From contig JACVGT010000011.1 of the NCBI GenBank assembly GCA_018992685.1, forward strand, positions 64,001 to 128,000: a stretch of 64,000 nt of DNA, in the 5' to 3' direction. A model generated the notes under the pieces. The model did no database searches. It saw only the letters and a list, made by a program, of their open reading frames with translations, and was not told the DNA's origin. The stretch comes from Theionarchaea archaeon (GTDB lineage Archaea; Methanobacteriota_B; Thermococci; Methanofastidiosales; SZ-28-30). This document shows positions 47,504-58,363 of the stretch, piece after piece. Numbering within the stretch: position 1 is the stretch's first letter; each line of letters opens with the position of its first letter. Made by a program: the position numbers and the translations under genes.

Positions 47504-48625
47504 TCATTCCTTTTTTTTCTTTTCAATAGTCACCAATTCGTACTCCAGTTCTCCAACCCCCAGATCAGCCGCCGCTGTCACATGGATATATGGATTCCGT
47601 TTTGTCACCCGTTCAAGCAGCCCTTTCCCAGGCTCCATGCCTTCTGCTGCAGAATCAGCCAGAGGGTTCTTACTCTCGATGATGTCTAATGCAGCCTTGT
47701 CAATTGCCACAGGATCATCTCCCGCCAGTATCCCCTGATCATTGATAATGGCTGTATCTGCGTGAGGATGGCAGTCACAGTGCGGCATGATATCAGTCAT
47801 AAAGGATATATAGAAGATCTTCCCCTTTTCAAAGGTTGAAATGGCAGCTTTAGCAGCCTCTGCCAGTCCTCTTTGCATTCTCTCCTCATCCTGTTCCATT
47901 CCTAACGCTTTATTCTCGCATGCTTCAACACACCGTCCGCATTTGACACACTTTGCACCGTCCAGTTCGAAAGTATCTTCAACTGTTATAGCACCGTGAT
48001 CACAGGCTTCAGCACAGTTCCCACACAGAATGCACTTATCCTGGAAGTGGATAATTGACACTCTGGCTAGGGCATGGATTTTTCCCCTCTCAGAGGTACC
48101 CTCCCTGTTCCGTGAAGATATGGCACCCATTCCCAGGTTCTTGATGGCTCCTCCAAATCCAGCCTGAATATGTCCCTTGCAATGTGTAACAACAATCATG
48201 GCCTGGGCGTCGTAGATCTCAGCAGCAATACCAATCTCATTCAATGACTCTCCTGCAGGAACCCGCACGTAATTCCTCCCGAAGAGCCCGTCAGCCAGCA
48301 CCACCGGGCACCCCACAGATAAGTGATTGTACCCCTGCATGTTGGCAATCTCCAGGTAATCCAGTCCCTTGGGTCTTACCGTATCCGTCAGAAAAGGGTT
48401 TCCACCCGCGGCTTTCACCGCCTCTACAATTTTCCTCAGGAAAATCGGCCGTAACCCTTTGTGTCCTCCCCGTGATCCAAAGTGGATTTTAATGGCGACG
48501 TAATCTCCTTCTTTGATGTAGTGAGAAAGATCTGCCTCTTTCAGGATTTGCTCCAATTTGGCCACCATAGAAACTTCATAACTAATCTCACGAGTACGTG
48601 CATCAGCAAAATACAACTTCTTCAT
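47504..48625 (-). CDS. DUF362 / 4Fe-4S dicluster protein
   Basis: VAIKIHFG, HCKGH..AGFGGAIKNLGMG, two CxxCxxC...C motifs, CDC, DPVAID. Confidence 0.88.
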   Translation of the reverse strand: MKKLYFADARTREISYEVSMVAKLEQILKEADLSHYIKEGDYVAIKIHFGSRGGHKGLRPIFLRKIVEAVKAAGGNPFLTDTVRPKGLDYLEIANMQGYNHLSVGCPVVLADGLFGRNYVRVPAGESLNEIGIAAEIYDAQAMIVVTHCKGHIQAGFGGAIKNLGMGAISSRNREGTSERGKIHALARVSIIHFQDKCILCGNCAEACDHGAITVEDTFELDGAKCVKCGRCVEACENKALGMEQDEERMQRGLAEAAKAAISTFEKGKIFYISFMTDIMPHCDCHPHADTAIINDQGILAGDDPVAIDKAALDIIESKNPLADSAAEGMEPGKGLLERVTKRNPYIHVTAAADLGVGELEYELVTIEKKKKE

Positions 48626-48891
48626 AGGAAAGCATGGCACATGAGTTATTTAAAAGTTGTTGTCTGAATTGCACAAGATATCCAGCAGCGTTTCATTCCC
48701 AGGATATGTCCTCCTCTTCCTTTCTCCTCTTTTATACTCTGAATACGTCTGTAGGATATCCCATAACTTTGCATTCTCTCTTCTACCTTATGATTATGCC
48801 CCATAATCATTTTCAGTGGACATCGCAGTGGTCGCCTCGTCAAGAATACCAGATCTTCATGGGCCAATGCTGAGTCCCTTCTGAAGAATTG

Positions 48892-49584
48892 TTATACTGA
48901 CAGATCTTCTGGCTTGAGATCGTCAACTTTTCTTCCCTGGGAAAGCAGCACCTGAAGCATTTGGAGCCTCTGTACTATAGTATTTCTGTGACTCATGAGA
49001 AATGTACATTTCTCGTCACCCTGTGCCTTGCACGTTACTTCTCTGGCTTCCAAGGGGACACCGAAAGACTCCGCACACCATCCTGCAGAATACCCTGCGT
49101 TGATATGGCAGATAGGTCTGTCTGTTTTCTCCTTTGAAGCCAGAAAGTGTTCCGCTTCAAACGAGCCAGGATGGTGGTATGTCAAGAGATAGGATTCATC
49201 TGAACTCGGTGCAGAAGCCGGAAGGATATTGACGAAGGCCCATCCACTATACGAGAAGTATACAGGGCCTGCTGAGAGTTTCTCTAGAGGATCCTTAATG
49301 CCGAATTTCCTGTGAAACTTCCTTGCTTCTTGTTCACCCACAGCCTTTCCGAGTTTGTAGAGGATCTGATCGGCTCCCTTCTCTCCATATACCTCTTCAA
49401 GAACATCCCTGAAAAACGCCAGGGAATCTGCACGCACCCACATATATCGATCTTTGTCTATTTCAATTCTTCCTCTCTCAGGAAGGTATGTCACATTCCC
49501 AAAGAATTCAGAAATGGTGACTTCTGCCTTTTTGAATGTGTCCACCATTTCTGGTGGGACTCCCGCCGCTTTGAATTCTGTCAT
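48892..49584 (-). CDS. Stand-alone XylR-N/V4R sensor protein (copy 3, divergent)
   Basis: AGPVYFSYSGWAFVNI; PICHINAGYSAGWC...EVTCKAQGDEKC. Confidence 0.8.
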   Translation of the reverse strand: MTEFKAAGVPPEMVDTFKKAEVTISEFFGNVTYLPERGRIEIDKDRYMWVRADSLAFFRDVLEEVYGEKGADQILYKLGKAVGEQEARKFHRKFGIKDPLEKLSAGPVYFSYSGWAFVNILPASAPSSDESYLLTYHHPGSFEAEHFLASKEKTDRPICHINAGYSAGWCAESFGVPLEAREVTCKAQGDEKCTFLMSHRNTIVQRLQMLQVLLSQGRKVDDLKPEDLSV

Positions 49585-49593
49585 TTGCGCACC

Positions 49594-49965
49594 TCATACC
49601 ACGGATGCAATCTCATGAGCAGTTCGCTTCATATCCAGGAAGACCAGGCCGAGCTTTGCATCCTTTCTTGCCAGAGCAGTCAGTACTGCATTCTCGCCTG
49701 CAGCCATTAAGACAACGAATCCAGTCTCTCCCTTGACATACACCTCTGATAGGTCTCCTCTAGCCAGTTCTTTGGCTGTCCTCTCACCCAGTGAGAGCAT
49801 AGCAGCAGACATAGCAGCAACCCTATCCTCTTCCACGTCTCGAGGTAGAGCGGAGGCAATCATCAATCCATCCACAGAAACAACGGCAGACGCTTCAATA
49901 TCGGGAGTAGTCCCCTCCAAGTCCTTTAACAGAGCGTTGAGCTCTTCAGTCTTCGTTTTCGCCAT
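49594..49965 (-). CDS. Roadblock/LC7 protein, copy 3
   Basis: Same conserved blocks as copies 1 and 2; RBS GAGGTG. Confidence 0.92.
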   Translation of the reverse strand: MAKTKTEELNALLKDLEGTTPDIEASAVVSVDGLMIASALPRDVEEDRVAAMSAAMLSLGERTAKELARGDLSEVYVKGETGFVVLMAAGENAVLTALARKDAKLGLVFLDMKRTAHEIASVV

Positions 49966-50450
49966 TTTCAAGACACCTCTCATCTCTATATCAAGTGCAC
50001 TGTTTTCTTCCAAAAAATGCGTGCATCCACCCTCTCTTTTAGAGCTATCAATCTATATAAAATCTGTCTTTGTTAATTGAAGCAGAATGTAGAATTACTA
50101 CTCCTGTCTGAAATCATATGAAGCTGAAATGACGGGACGTGCCTTTCCTAGAGAATGATTGTACTACGTGGCTTACCCTGTCTATCCACATACCCCGGTG
50201 TTTCGAGTACATTTTCAAAGTTTCCCCTGCTCTTCAAGCTCTTCTGCATCCTCTACGGATATCTCCTGCTCACAATTGTCTACTTCGTAAATCAATCATC
50301 ATATCCTGGGGCAATTTCGACCTCAGATCAACAAGAAAGGAGTTTTGATTCTGAAAACTAAGGACTTGCTAAGAATATTAGACAATTCTTACCGTGGATA
50401 CCCACTGCCATTAACAACACCTTTAAATGGATGGATGGCTCATTACTCCC

Positions 50451-52073
50451 ATGAACCCCATTGATTATGAAAAAGAAATGAAAGAGTTTCAATGGGATGT
50501 CCCAGAAACCTATGACATTGCATCAGTGGTTGATTCTCATGCTCGGGATCATCCCTCCCACCCTGCCATTTTGTACGAGGATGAAGAGGGGAAAACCCGC
50601 ACTCTGACATACCATGACCTTATGGTGCAGTCTAGCAAGTTTGCCAACGTGCTCACATCTCTGGGAGTCGGGACAGGGAACCCTGTTTTGATCATGCTTC
50701 CTCGAATTCCCGAAACATACATCGCACAGTTAGGCACCATAAAGACAGGGAGTATTATCACACCAGCAGTGGAAATGCTTCGGTCAAGGAATGTGGTTTA
50801 CAGGGCAAATGACTGCCAGGCTAGGGCTGTCATAACCAATGAGAGTGGATCAGACATTGTGGATGAAGTTCGTTCGCAGTTGGATAGTATTACGAGTTAT
50901 ATCCTGGTTGATGGAGAGAAAAAAGGATGGATCTCCTATGAACAGGAGATGAAGAAGGCTTCTTCGGAATTCAAGACGCATCCCAAGAAGAGCGAAGATA
51001 TCTTTTATATTTCATACACATCAGGAACTACAGGACTGCCAAAAGGAGTCGTACACCAGAACAGCTGGATGTATGCATTCAAGAAGATTAATGTGCCATA
51101 CTGGTATGGGGCTCAAAGGAACGATGTCATCTGGGCCACCACCTCCCCTGGGTGGGCAAAGTGGTTCTGGACACACCTTGGTGTCACCATGAATGTTGGG
51201 GCAACAGATCTTCTGTACAACGGACGGTTTAACCCTGAACGCTACTTCAGGCTGTTGCAGACGCATAAGGTCACTGTTTGCTGTCTGACCCCTACTGAAC
51301 TCAGAATCATGATCAAGGTGCCACATGTAACTCAGTATGATCTGGGCAGTATCCGCAGTTTCTTGTCTGCAGGTGAACCCCTGAATAAGGATGTTATTGA
51401 TTTTTTCAGGGAGAAATTCGGCATCACGATTCGCGAAGGGTATGGCCAAACGGAAACAGTCTGTCTGGTATGCAACTATGTGGGTATCACGGTAAAACCA
51501 GGGAGTATGGGAAAACCCATGCCCGGTCAGGATGTTAGAATTCTGAACGACAAGAATGAGGAGGCCAGCCCAGGAGAGGTAGGTGAGGTTACCACCAAGT
51601 TCGGATTGCCATCTCTGTTCAAGGAGTACTACAAGATGCCTGAGAAAATGAAAGAAGTGGTGAGGGATGGCAGGTACTACACGGGTGATCTCTGCAAAAT
51701 GGATGAGGAGGGATACTACTGGTTTGAGGGGCGAGCAGACGATGTGATCTTAAGTGCCGGGTACAGGATCGGTCCCTTTGAGGTGGAGGATGCACTGCTG
51801 ACTCATCCTGCGGTGCTGGAGTGCGCTGCTGTGGGATCTCCCCATCCGGATCGTGGTGAGATTGTCAAGGCATTTGTGGTCTTGAATCGAGGATGGACTC
51901 CATCTGAAGCCTTGAAAGCAGAACTGCAGAATCACACCAAACAGGTGACAGCCCCTTACAAGTACCCGAGAGAAATTGAGTTTGTGGAAGGTCTGCCCAA
52001 GACCATGAGCGGAAAGATCAAGAGAGCAGAACTGAAACGCATGGAATACGAGAGAAAGCAAGCCAAGGAATAA
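50451..52073 (+). CDS. Acyl-CoA synthetase (AMP-forming)
   Basis: YTSGTTGLPKG, EGYGQTE, TGD, GYRIGPFEVE, LPKTMSGKIKR. Confidence 0.92.
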   Translation: MNPIDYEKEMKEFQWDVPETYDIASVVDSHARDHPSHPAILYEDEEGKTRTLTYHDLMVQSSKFANVLTSLGVGTGNPVLIMLPRIPETYIAQLGTIKTGSIITPAVEMLRSRNVVYRANDCQARAVITNESGSDIVDEVRSQLDSITSYILVDGEKKGWISYEQEMKKASSEFKTHPKKSEDIFYISYTSGTTGLPKGVVHQNSWMYAFKKINVPYWYGAQRNDVIWATTSPGWAKWFWTHLGVTMNVGATDLLYNGRFNPERYFRLLQTHKVTVCCLTPTELRIMIKVPHVTQYDLGSIRSFLSAGEPLNKDVIDFFREKFGITIREGYGQTETVCLVCNYVGITVKPGSMGKPMPGQDVRILNDKNEEASPGEVGEVTTKFGLPSLFKEYYKMPEKMKEVVRDGRYYTGDLCKMDEEGYYWFEGRADDVILSAGYRIGPFEVEDALLTHPAVLECAAVGSPHPDRGEIVKAFVVLNRGWTPSEALKAELQNHTKQVTAPYKYPREIEFVEGLPKTMSGKIKRAELKRMEYERKQAKE

Positions 52074-52117
52074 TCCATGTCTCCTTTTCAGAAACAGCAG
52101 AGACACGATGATCAGTG

Positions 52118-53446
52118 TCAGTAACGCCTCTCGCCCTCAGGACTGACGCTGATTGATGTGGGTTCTGTAGGGCAGTGACGTTCACAAGCACCGCATCCTG
52201 CACACAGTGACCTGTTCACCGTGGGACCCCATCTTCCACTCCCATTCCGTCCTCTCCCGCCACTCTCTATGACATCCACAGCTTGGTACGGACACACCTC
52301 CTGGCACACCAGGCACGGCTGTTCATTTCTCCATTCCAGACAGGTGTTCCTGTCGACGGTAGCAGTTCCCAGTTTCATCTCTGCAGGGTCCACCTCCACC
52401 AGGGCACCTGTGGGGCACACCTGCCAGCACAGCATACACAACTGGCACTCACCGATTCTTGGGACCAAATGGGGTGTATAAAAATCGAACAATGATCCCT
52501 CCAAGAGGACTGGTCTCAGCCCCTGGGAGGGACATACCCGCATGCATTCCCCGCACCTCACACATACAGACAGGAAGTTCTCTTCTTTCAGAGCACCTGG
52601 TGGCCTGATGACCGTATTCCTGGTAGATGTTAGCCCCCCCCGGCTCAGGAGTGGTGATAACGCCAAAGCCGCTCCTGCTGCTGCTCCTGCCTTCAGAAAG
52701 GTTCTCCGTGACTCAAACCCCACATTCTGCTGGGTTCTGCCCAGAGTAAAAGTCAGTGCTCCCCGGCGGCATCTATCCACACAGAGCATACACAGGGTAC
52801 ATTCCGTGGCTTTCACCCTAGAACTCTGGATGGCGTCCATGGGGCAGACTCTGCTGCAGAGCCCGCACTCAGTGCAGGAATCTCCTGCCCGTATCCCGAT
52901 TGGCTTGAAAAAAGAAGCAGCCCCCAGTAAGGCTCCCAAGGGACACACAACTCTGCACCAGAAACGTTCTCCAAGAACCAGAACCAATATCACAATCAGA
53001 ATGAGCATCATGGGTACTGTCCTCTGAGTAACAAATGTGAGTGAACGGGTAAAAATGACCAGAGGGTCAGATATAACGAGGACCTGAATTCCAAAGATAG
53101 CAAGGACTATTGAAAAAATCAGGAAATAATATTTGATCCTATATAGGGATACGAGTCTTTTCTTTGCTTTTGGCAAGAGATCTGAAACAGTTCCCACAGG
53201 GCACATCCAGCCGCAGAAGAACCGACCCAGGAATACCGTGGCAACCAACAGGAAGAGGGCAGGAAGAAGCCGTGTAAAGACAGATCTGGTCGTTAAGGTG
53301 TTGATGATAAGTATGAAAGGAGACAACCTCACGAATACATTGGTATGGGTGAAATCCAGCGGATAACTCGTAAAGTAGAACAACGTTACGAAGAGTGCCA
53401 GAAAGAAGATCTGGCTTGTTCTCCTCCACAGTGATAAAGAACCCAT
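52118..53446 (-). CDS. Membrane polyferredoxin (NapH/MauN-like fused to NapG/MauM-like)
   Basis: GRFFCGWMCP, RFWCRVVCP, internal SRRTFLK, IRPPGA..E..F...CVRCGEC, many 4Fe-4S motifs. Confidence 0.8.
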   Translation of the reverse strand: MGSLSLWRRTSQIFFLALFVTLFYFTSYPLDFTHTNVFVRLSPFILIINTLTTRSVFTRLLPALFLLVATVFLGRFFCGWMCPVGTVSDLLPKAKKRLVSLYRIKYYFLIFSIVLAIFGIQVLVISDPLVIFTRSLTFVTQRTVPMMLILIVILVLVLGERFWCRVVCPLGALLGAASFFKPIGIRAGDSCTECGLCSRVCPMDAIQSSRVKATECTLCMLCVDRCRRGALTFTLGRTQQNVGFESRRTFLKAGAAAGAALALSPLLSRGGLTSTRNTVIRPPGALKEENFLSVCVRCGECMRVCPSQGLRPVLLEGSLFDFYTPHLVPRIGECQLCMLCWQVCPTGALVEVDPAEMKLGTATVDRNTCLEWRNEQPCLVCQEVCPYQAVDVIESGGRGRNGSGRWGPTVNRSLCAGCGACERHCPTEPTSISVSPEGERRY

Positions 53447-53574
53447 AGTCTCTATCGTCTCAAATACATATAAAGTGTTCGCTGGGCGATTGATTATGCC
53501 ATTCACTGAGTGGATTTCTGCAGCTCTGGTCGGTTTAGAGGTCTTCTTATGCTGCACCCCACGAATACGACATT

Positions 53575-54536
53575 CTACTCCAATCTCGTCAGTATTTCCT
53601 CTCTATGGAAGGTGATTGTGCTCACGTAAAAGAGAACTACATCCGCAATGGCGATAACAGCTGAAATCAACAATAAATTGGTTGTAGCAAACGGAATAAT
53701 ATTCGCATTAAACAGAATAAGAATAGTCGCAAAGGGCACCAATATAACTGATGCAAGGTGGTATGCAGTCCTTAAATCATTGACCCGTGAAGATATGACC
53801 ACACTCAATTGAGTACTCAGCATACATGTAATCGGAATAATCAACAGCAGAATAACCGTCATTTTCTCATTTGGATAGTAATAATAACCAAGTATATCGT
53901 GTGTCAGTAAATCTGCAAGGGGCATAAATATTGCTGCACCAATGTATGTCGCAGCGATGGATGGTAGAAATGTTGCAAGGCTCTTTCCAAACAGGAGTTC
54001 ACTATCTGTTATGGGGGCTGCAAGAAGTGGTTCAAGGCTTTTCTCAATCTTCTCGCCCACAATACTGTGAGTTGCGAGAGCGATGGGGAGAAGGTATGAG
54101 CTATGGCAAGCTTTTGCCTCATGCCTTTGGAAAGTGTTCCTGCTGGCTGCTCTCTCTTGTCCCAGAGCCCCATCACTTTGAGGAAGTACTCGATCCTTTC
54201 ACTCCTCAGTTCTTTGGGAGTTTTATACAGTCGTCCGGAAAAATCGAAGTTCTGATAAGCGTTCAGATTGCTATATAATCCAACATTCTCAGGCAACAGC
54301 CCGATCATTCTTCTGATCTCCTGTGAATCCGGGCTGTTTCCAACTTCGTAATCACCTATCCACGCCCTGCCACTGGTTTTCGAAATCAAGCAGCTGAGCA
54401 TCCTCACTGTGGTGATTTTTCCTGAACCATTCGGTCCGAGGAACCCGAAAACCTCTCCTTCATCAATACGCAGAGTTACATCCTCTACTGCTGCAAGAGC
54501 GCCAAATTTCTTTGTTAAATTTTCAGTATCAATCAT
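53575..54536 (-). pseudogene. Internally deleted ABC ATPase + ABC-2 permease operon
   Basis: ATPase stops matching after LSKGMRQKLAIA (no Walker B). Permease 3' half (LLPIALATHSIVGEKIEKSLEPLLAAP) begins in another frame at about 54100. Confidence 0.8.
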
Positions 54537-54642
54537 TGTACAGTGTCATCTCTGAAAAGTTATAAGAGTTTCGTTTCATGCAGGGCTGTCTCATGATTCT
54601 TACTCACACAAAACCTTTTTCTCTTATGTGCAATGTCAACTT

Positions 54643-54933
54643 ATGGAATTGCATGTATTTCAACGGTTGATGAAGGAGTTATATTTCCCTCGTGATGTGC
54701 AAAGAGGGGTGGAGAAGACATTCATGTGGTTAACTGAGGAAGTGGGAGAATTGGGAAGAGCTATCAGGACACAGGATGAAGAAGGAATCCGTGAGGAGAT
54801 GGCAGACATTCTGGCATGGCTGTGTTCTCTGGGGAATGTCCTGGACGTTGACATTGAGGAGGCAGCTCTGGGCAAATACAATGAGGTATGCCCTCGATGC
54901 GGGAAGATACCTTGTGAATGCTCCCTGCAGTGA
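54643..54933 (+). CDS. MazG-like nucleotide pyrophosphohydrolase
   Basis: WLTEEVGEL, EEMADILAW, C-terminal CPRC..IPCEC. Confidence 0.88.
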   Translation: MELHVFQRLMKELYFPRDVQRGVEKTFMWLTEEVGELGRAIRTQDEEGIREEMADILAWLCSLGNVLDVDIEEAALGKYNEVCPRCGKIPCECSLQ

Positions 54934-54998
54934 GCGTGATTGGCAACTCGGGTGCTAGCCCGCAAAGATTTATAAGGGTAGAATCTGCTTTTTTGCTA

Positions 54999-55073
54999 GC
55001 TCCGATAGTGTAGACCGGTCAATCATTCCGGCCTTTCGAGCCGGCGACCCGGGTTCAAATCCCGGTCGGAGCA
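54999..55073 (+). tRNA. tRNA-Glu (TTC)
   Basis: GCTCCGA/TCGGAGC acceptor stem, CCGGC-CTTTCGA-GCCGG, CCGGG-TTCAAAT-CCCGG; TATA TTTATAA at about 54969. Confidence 0.95.
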
Positions 55074-55490
55074 TGTTTTCCGTGGCTTTGATGCCCTTCT
55101 CTTTTTTTATGCATTTTAATGCCGTGGAGCTTTTGCAGAAAGTTTTGATCGCTTACAGAAAGTTTTACAAGCCAAAAAATGTTATAATATGATATTCTCG
55201 TATTTTTCTATTGAGAAATAGAGGGTGAAATTCACGTCGATTTTTTGATTAAGAGAAATCATATTGTCTTGATGAGATTAATTTGCTTTGATTTCATGAT
55301 CTGTTTATTATTTGAAATTCTGATATTTTTTTGACTTAATTGTCAGATACATCATTGAAAAAATAATCTTTTCTTCTTTTTATCATTCAAAATTGAAGAT
55401 GAGATCAAATTGATGGGCAGAAAAGTGGGGGGTTTGAAATTATCAACAATGCTGGGTTCGAGACAGAGAACCTGTTCGGAAAATTAATAC

Positions 55491-55784
55491 ATGAGGAGGA
55501 AATCAACCATTTCAAAGGAAGGGAGATTCATCAAACAATACGCCAAGAGAATACATGAGAAGACAGTTCTCCGCACGGAAGTATCTTCCGAAGGTGAATT
55601 TGATGATGTTGTACAAAGACTGGAAGAAAGCGTGGAAAAGGAGGAATTATGGGAAAAAATCAAATCAAAGGAGAGGATAATTGAGGAATTGAAGAAGAAC
55701 TATAGGATTTCATTGGATAGGAAACAACTGAAAAAGGAAAATCAGCAACTAGGAAAAGGGAAAGCAGAACTGAAAGGCTGTTAG
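55491..55784 (+). CDS. Hypothetical charged coiled-coil protein (possibly a remnant)
   Basis: E/K-rich ORF in an AT-rich region; no recognised motif. Confidence 0.3.
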   Translation: MRRKSTISKEGRFIKQYAKRIHEKTVLRTEVSSEGEFDDVVQRLEESVEKEELWEKIKSKERIIEELKKNYRISLDRKQLKKENQQLGKGKAELKGC

Positions 55785-55998
55785 AACGAGTATCGGTATA
55801 CTAGATGTATAGGAAACACATTTCAACAATCTCATCCTTGACAGAATGCATATTTCGACTTCATGTATTACCTTTTGACCCTTTTGTCAAAGTCTAAAAG
55901 CATTCAGCCGGCTTCACACCATCCCAGTTAAAGCGATCTTCTTGTCCAGAAATAAGTGGTCACTCTCCAGAATGACGCTGGCAAGTCTGTTGTCTTCA

Positions 55999-57849
55999 TT
56001 ATTGTTTTGAGGACTTCCCGGGTCTAAAGAAGATGATTGTAGAGGTGATAACTGCAAAAATGATGATTATTAACAGGAAAGTGGAAAGATATTCTGTCGA
56101 GGGAGTGGGTTCTGTCGAGGGAGTGGGTTCTGTCGAGGGAGTGGGTTCTGTCGAGCAAGTGAGCTCTTCTGTACTGAGTGAATAACAGCACCATGAAGGA
56201 CACCAATCGATTGCTGGGTTATTGGTTAGATTTTTTTGGTCAGTCCCGTCGGAATTCATTACATAGATTTCTTCATTTCCATCCCTATCTGAAGAAAAAA
56301 GAATTTTCTTCCCATCAGGTGACCACGTGGCATACATATCCTTAGCAGGGTTCGTAGTTAACTGCACCACATTACTTCCGTCTGCATCCATCACATAAAT
56401 ATCATAATCTCCTCGTCTAAGTGAACAAAAGAGGATCTTCTTCCCATCAGGTGACCAGGAAGGACCCCATTCGCCTGAAGGGTAATCTGTGAGTCTTTCT
56501 ACATTGCTTCCATCAACATTCATAACAAAGATGCCCTCAGCTGAAAAGGCAATCCGTGTCCCATCAGGTGACCATGCGGGACAATTCTCATAATCAGGGC
56601 TGTTTGTCAGGTTTACCAGGTCATTCCCATCAATATTTATGATATAAATATCAGAGTTTCCACTCATATTTGAAGAAAAAGCAATCCGTGTCCCGTCAGG
56701 TGACCATGCAGGGTTCAAGTCCGCTGCATTGCTGTTAGTCAGATTTACCAGGTTACTCCCATCGGCATTCATGACACAGATATCTGGGGTCCTGAACTCC
56801 CCGCTCGTATCCAGCTCAAGTGCAATTTTCGTTCCATCTGGAGACCACACTGGACAAAGGTGTGAAAGAGGGATATTGGATATTCTCATCTGATTTTTTC
56901 CATCACTATCCATTGTATACACCTGGTATCCCCAATCATTACACGAACAAAAGATAATCTTTTCACCATCAGGAGACCACGAAGGACCGAAATCCACTGT
57001 ATCAGTATATGTAAGCCTTGTTCGGTTTCCTCCATCACTATCCATGAGAAAAATATTACTACCATCCTCATTTGAATCAAAGGCAATCAGTGATCCGTCA
57101 GGAGACCAATTAGGACGAGAATCCATATGTTGATTATGTGTTAACCTTCTCACATTTTCCCCATTACTATTCATAGTATATATCCCCCAATTTCTATCTC
57201 TGTCTGATACAAAGGCAATCATTGATCCATCAGAAGACCAAGCAGGGTGTAAATCCAAGGCCGAGTTATTACTTACATTTTCTTGGCTACTACCATCAGC
57301 GTTCATGACATAGATTTCATCTTTCCAATCCCTATCTGAGACAAATGCAATTTTCGTTCCATCTGGCGACCATGTAGGTTCCTCATCATTAAATGGATTA
57401 TTGGTTACGTTCACTTGGTTACTGCCATCAGTGTTCATGACATAAATCTCCTCATTTCCATCCCTATCCGAGACAAATGCAATTTTCGTTCCATCTGGCG
57501 ACCATGCTGGAGACACATCTGAAGCAGGATCATAGGTAAGCCTTTTCACCTGTTCTCCATTATTATCCATGACATAAATTTCCTCATTTCCATCCCTCTC
57601 TGATACAAAGGCAATCATTGATCCGTCAGGAGACCATGAGGGATTCGAGTCATTAGTAAAATTATCAGTAAGTCCTCTTATATTACTTCCATCAGAATCC
57701 ATTATTTTGATTTCCCAATCACAATCTCTACTTGACACAAAAGCAATTCTTCCATAATTTTCTGGCCCCATAAGAAGAGGGGAGAGAACAACTAGAAAGA
57801 GGCATATCATCAAAGAGACTGCAACTACTCTACATTTTGTATTCATCAT
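55999..57849 (-). CDS. TolB-like PD40/WD40 beta-propeller surface protein with C-terminal TM anchor
   Basis: About a dozen P.WSPDG..IAF.S repeats; signal peptide; PTPSTE linker; TM helix; RBS GAGGTGA. Confidence 0.9.
   Translation of the reverse strand: MMNTKCRVVAVSLMICLFLVVLSPLLMGPENYGRIAFVSSRDCDWEIKIMDSDGSNIRGLTDNFTNDSNPSWSPDGSMIAFVSERDGNEEIYVMDNNGEQVKRLTYDPASDVSPAWSPDGTKIAFVSDRDGNEEIYVMNTDGSNQVNVTNNPFNDEEPTWSPDGTKIAFVSDRDWKDEIYVMNADGSSQENVSNNSALDLHPAWSSDGSMIAFVSDRDRNWGIYTMNSNGENVRRLTHNQHMDSRPNWSPDGSLIAFDSNEDGSNIFLMDSDGGNRTRLTYTDTVDFGPSWSPDGEKIIFCSCNDWGYQVYTMDSDGKNQMRISNIPLSHLCPVWSPDGTKIALELDTSGEFRTPDICVMNADGSNLVNLTNSNAADLNPAWSPDGTRIAFSSNMSGNSDIYIINIDGNDLVNLTNSPDYENCPAWSPDGTRIAFSAEGIFVMNVDGSNVERLTDYPSGEWGPSWSPDGKKILFCSLRRGDYDIYVMDADGSNVVQLTTNPAKDMYATWSPDGKKILFSSDRDGNEEIYVMNSDGTDQKNLTNNPAIDWCPSWCCYSLSTEELTCSTEPTPSTEPTPSTEPTPSTEYLSTFLLIIIIFAVITSTIIFFRPGKSSKQ
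56092..56155. repeat. 18-bp tandem repeat, about 3.5 copies (encodes PTPSTE linker)
   Basis: TTCTGTCGAGGGAGTGGG x3 plus TTCTGTCGAG. Confidence 0.9.
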
Positions 57850-58363
57850 TTCATTCACCTCGAGTTCTGATTTCATCTGAATCCACCCAGTCAAAGGAGG
57901 AAATATACTCCAAAGAACTGGTCAATTCTTCCATTACGGGACTTATATGGTTATTGGTTAGACGTTAGACGAATATTGCAGCTCAATGAGAGTCCTGAAG
58001 AGCTTCATTTATGGATATATAGATACAAAGGGATTATTCTAAAGAGATTTTATCTCCCACCTATATCCAACCAGATGTTCCACCTGAACTGGCTGTATTG
58101 TAAGTGGACACTTTCTAGTAGGTCGTATGACACCTCCGCTGTGTGTTGTGATAACAATCAGTATTGCAAGTACTAGTACTTCTTTTATCAGAGAAGTACA
58201 AAAAAGAAATATTCTTCCCAAAATAGCCACGATTGGCAAATCCAATGTTGAGAGTTGAAGAATCTCCTTCCAAGCCCTCCACAATTTCATAAAACGGTTA
58301 GAGAGACCTCCACAGAACACTAACAAACGAAGACTTTATATACCCAGTTATCTTTTCCTGTAT

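Noticed and set aside
50140-50360. Possible HEPN-like remnant on the minus strand (GYDD...EISVEDAEEL)
   Set aside because: Fragmentary, in mixed frames with stops; cannot be supported by eye.
56092-56155. Short direct repeats as a possible CRISPR array
   Set aside because: Contiguous 18-bp units without spacers, in frame, encoding a PTPSTE linker.
56200-57740. Near-identical DNA repeats as a possible DGR template/variable pair
   Set aside because: Explained by PD40 blade duplication; no reverse transcriptase in the window.
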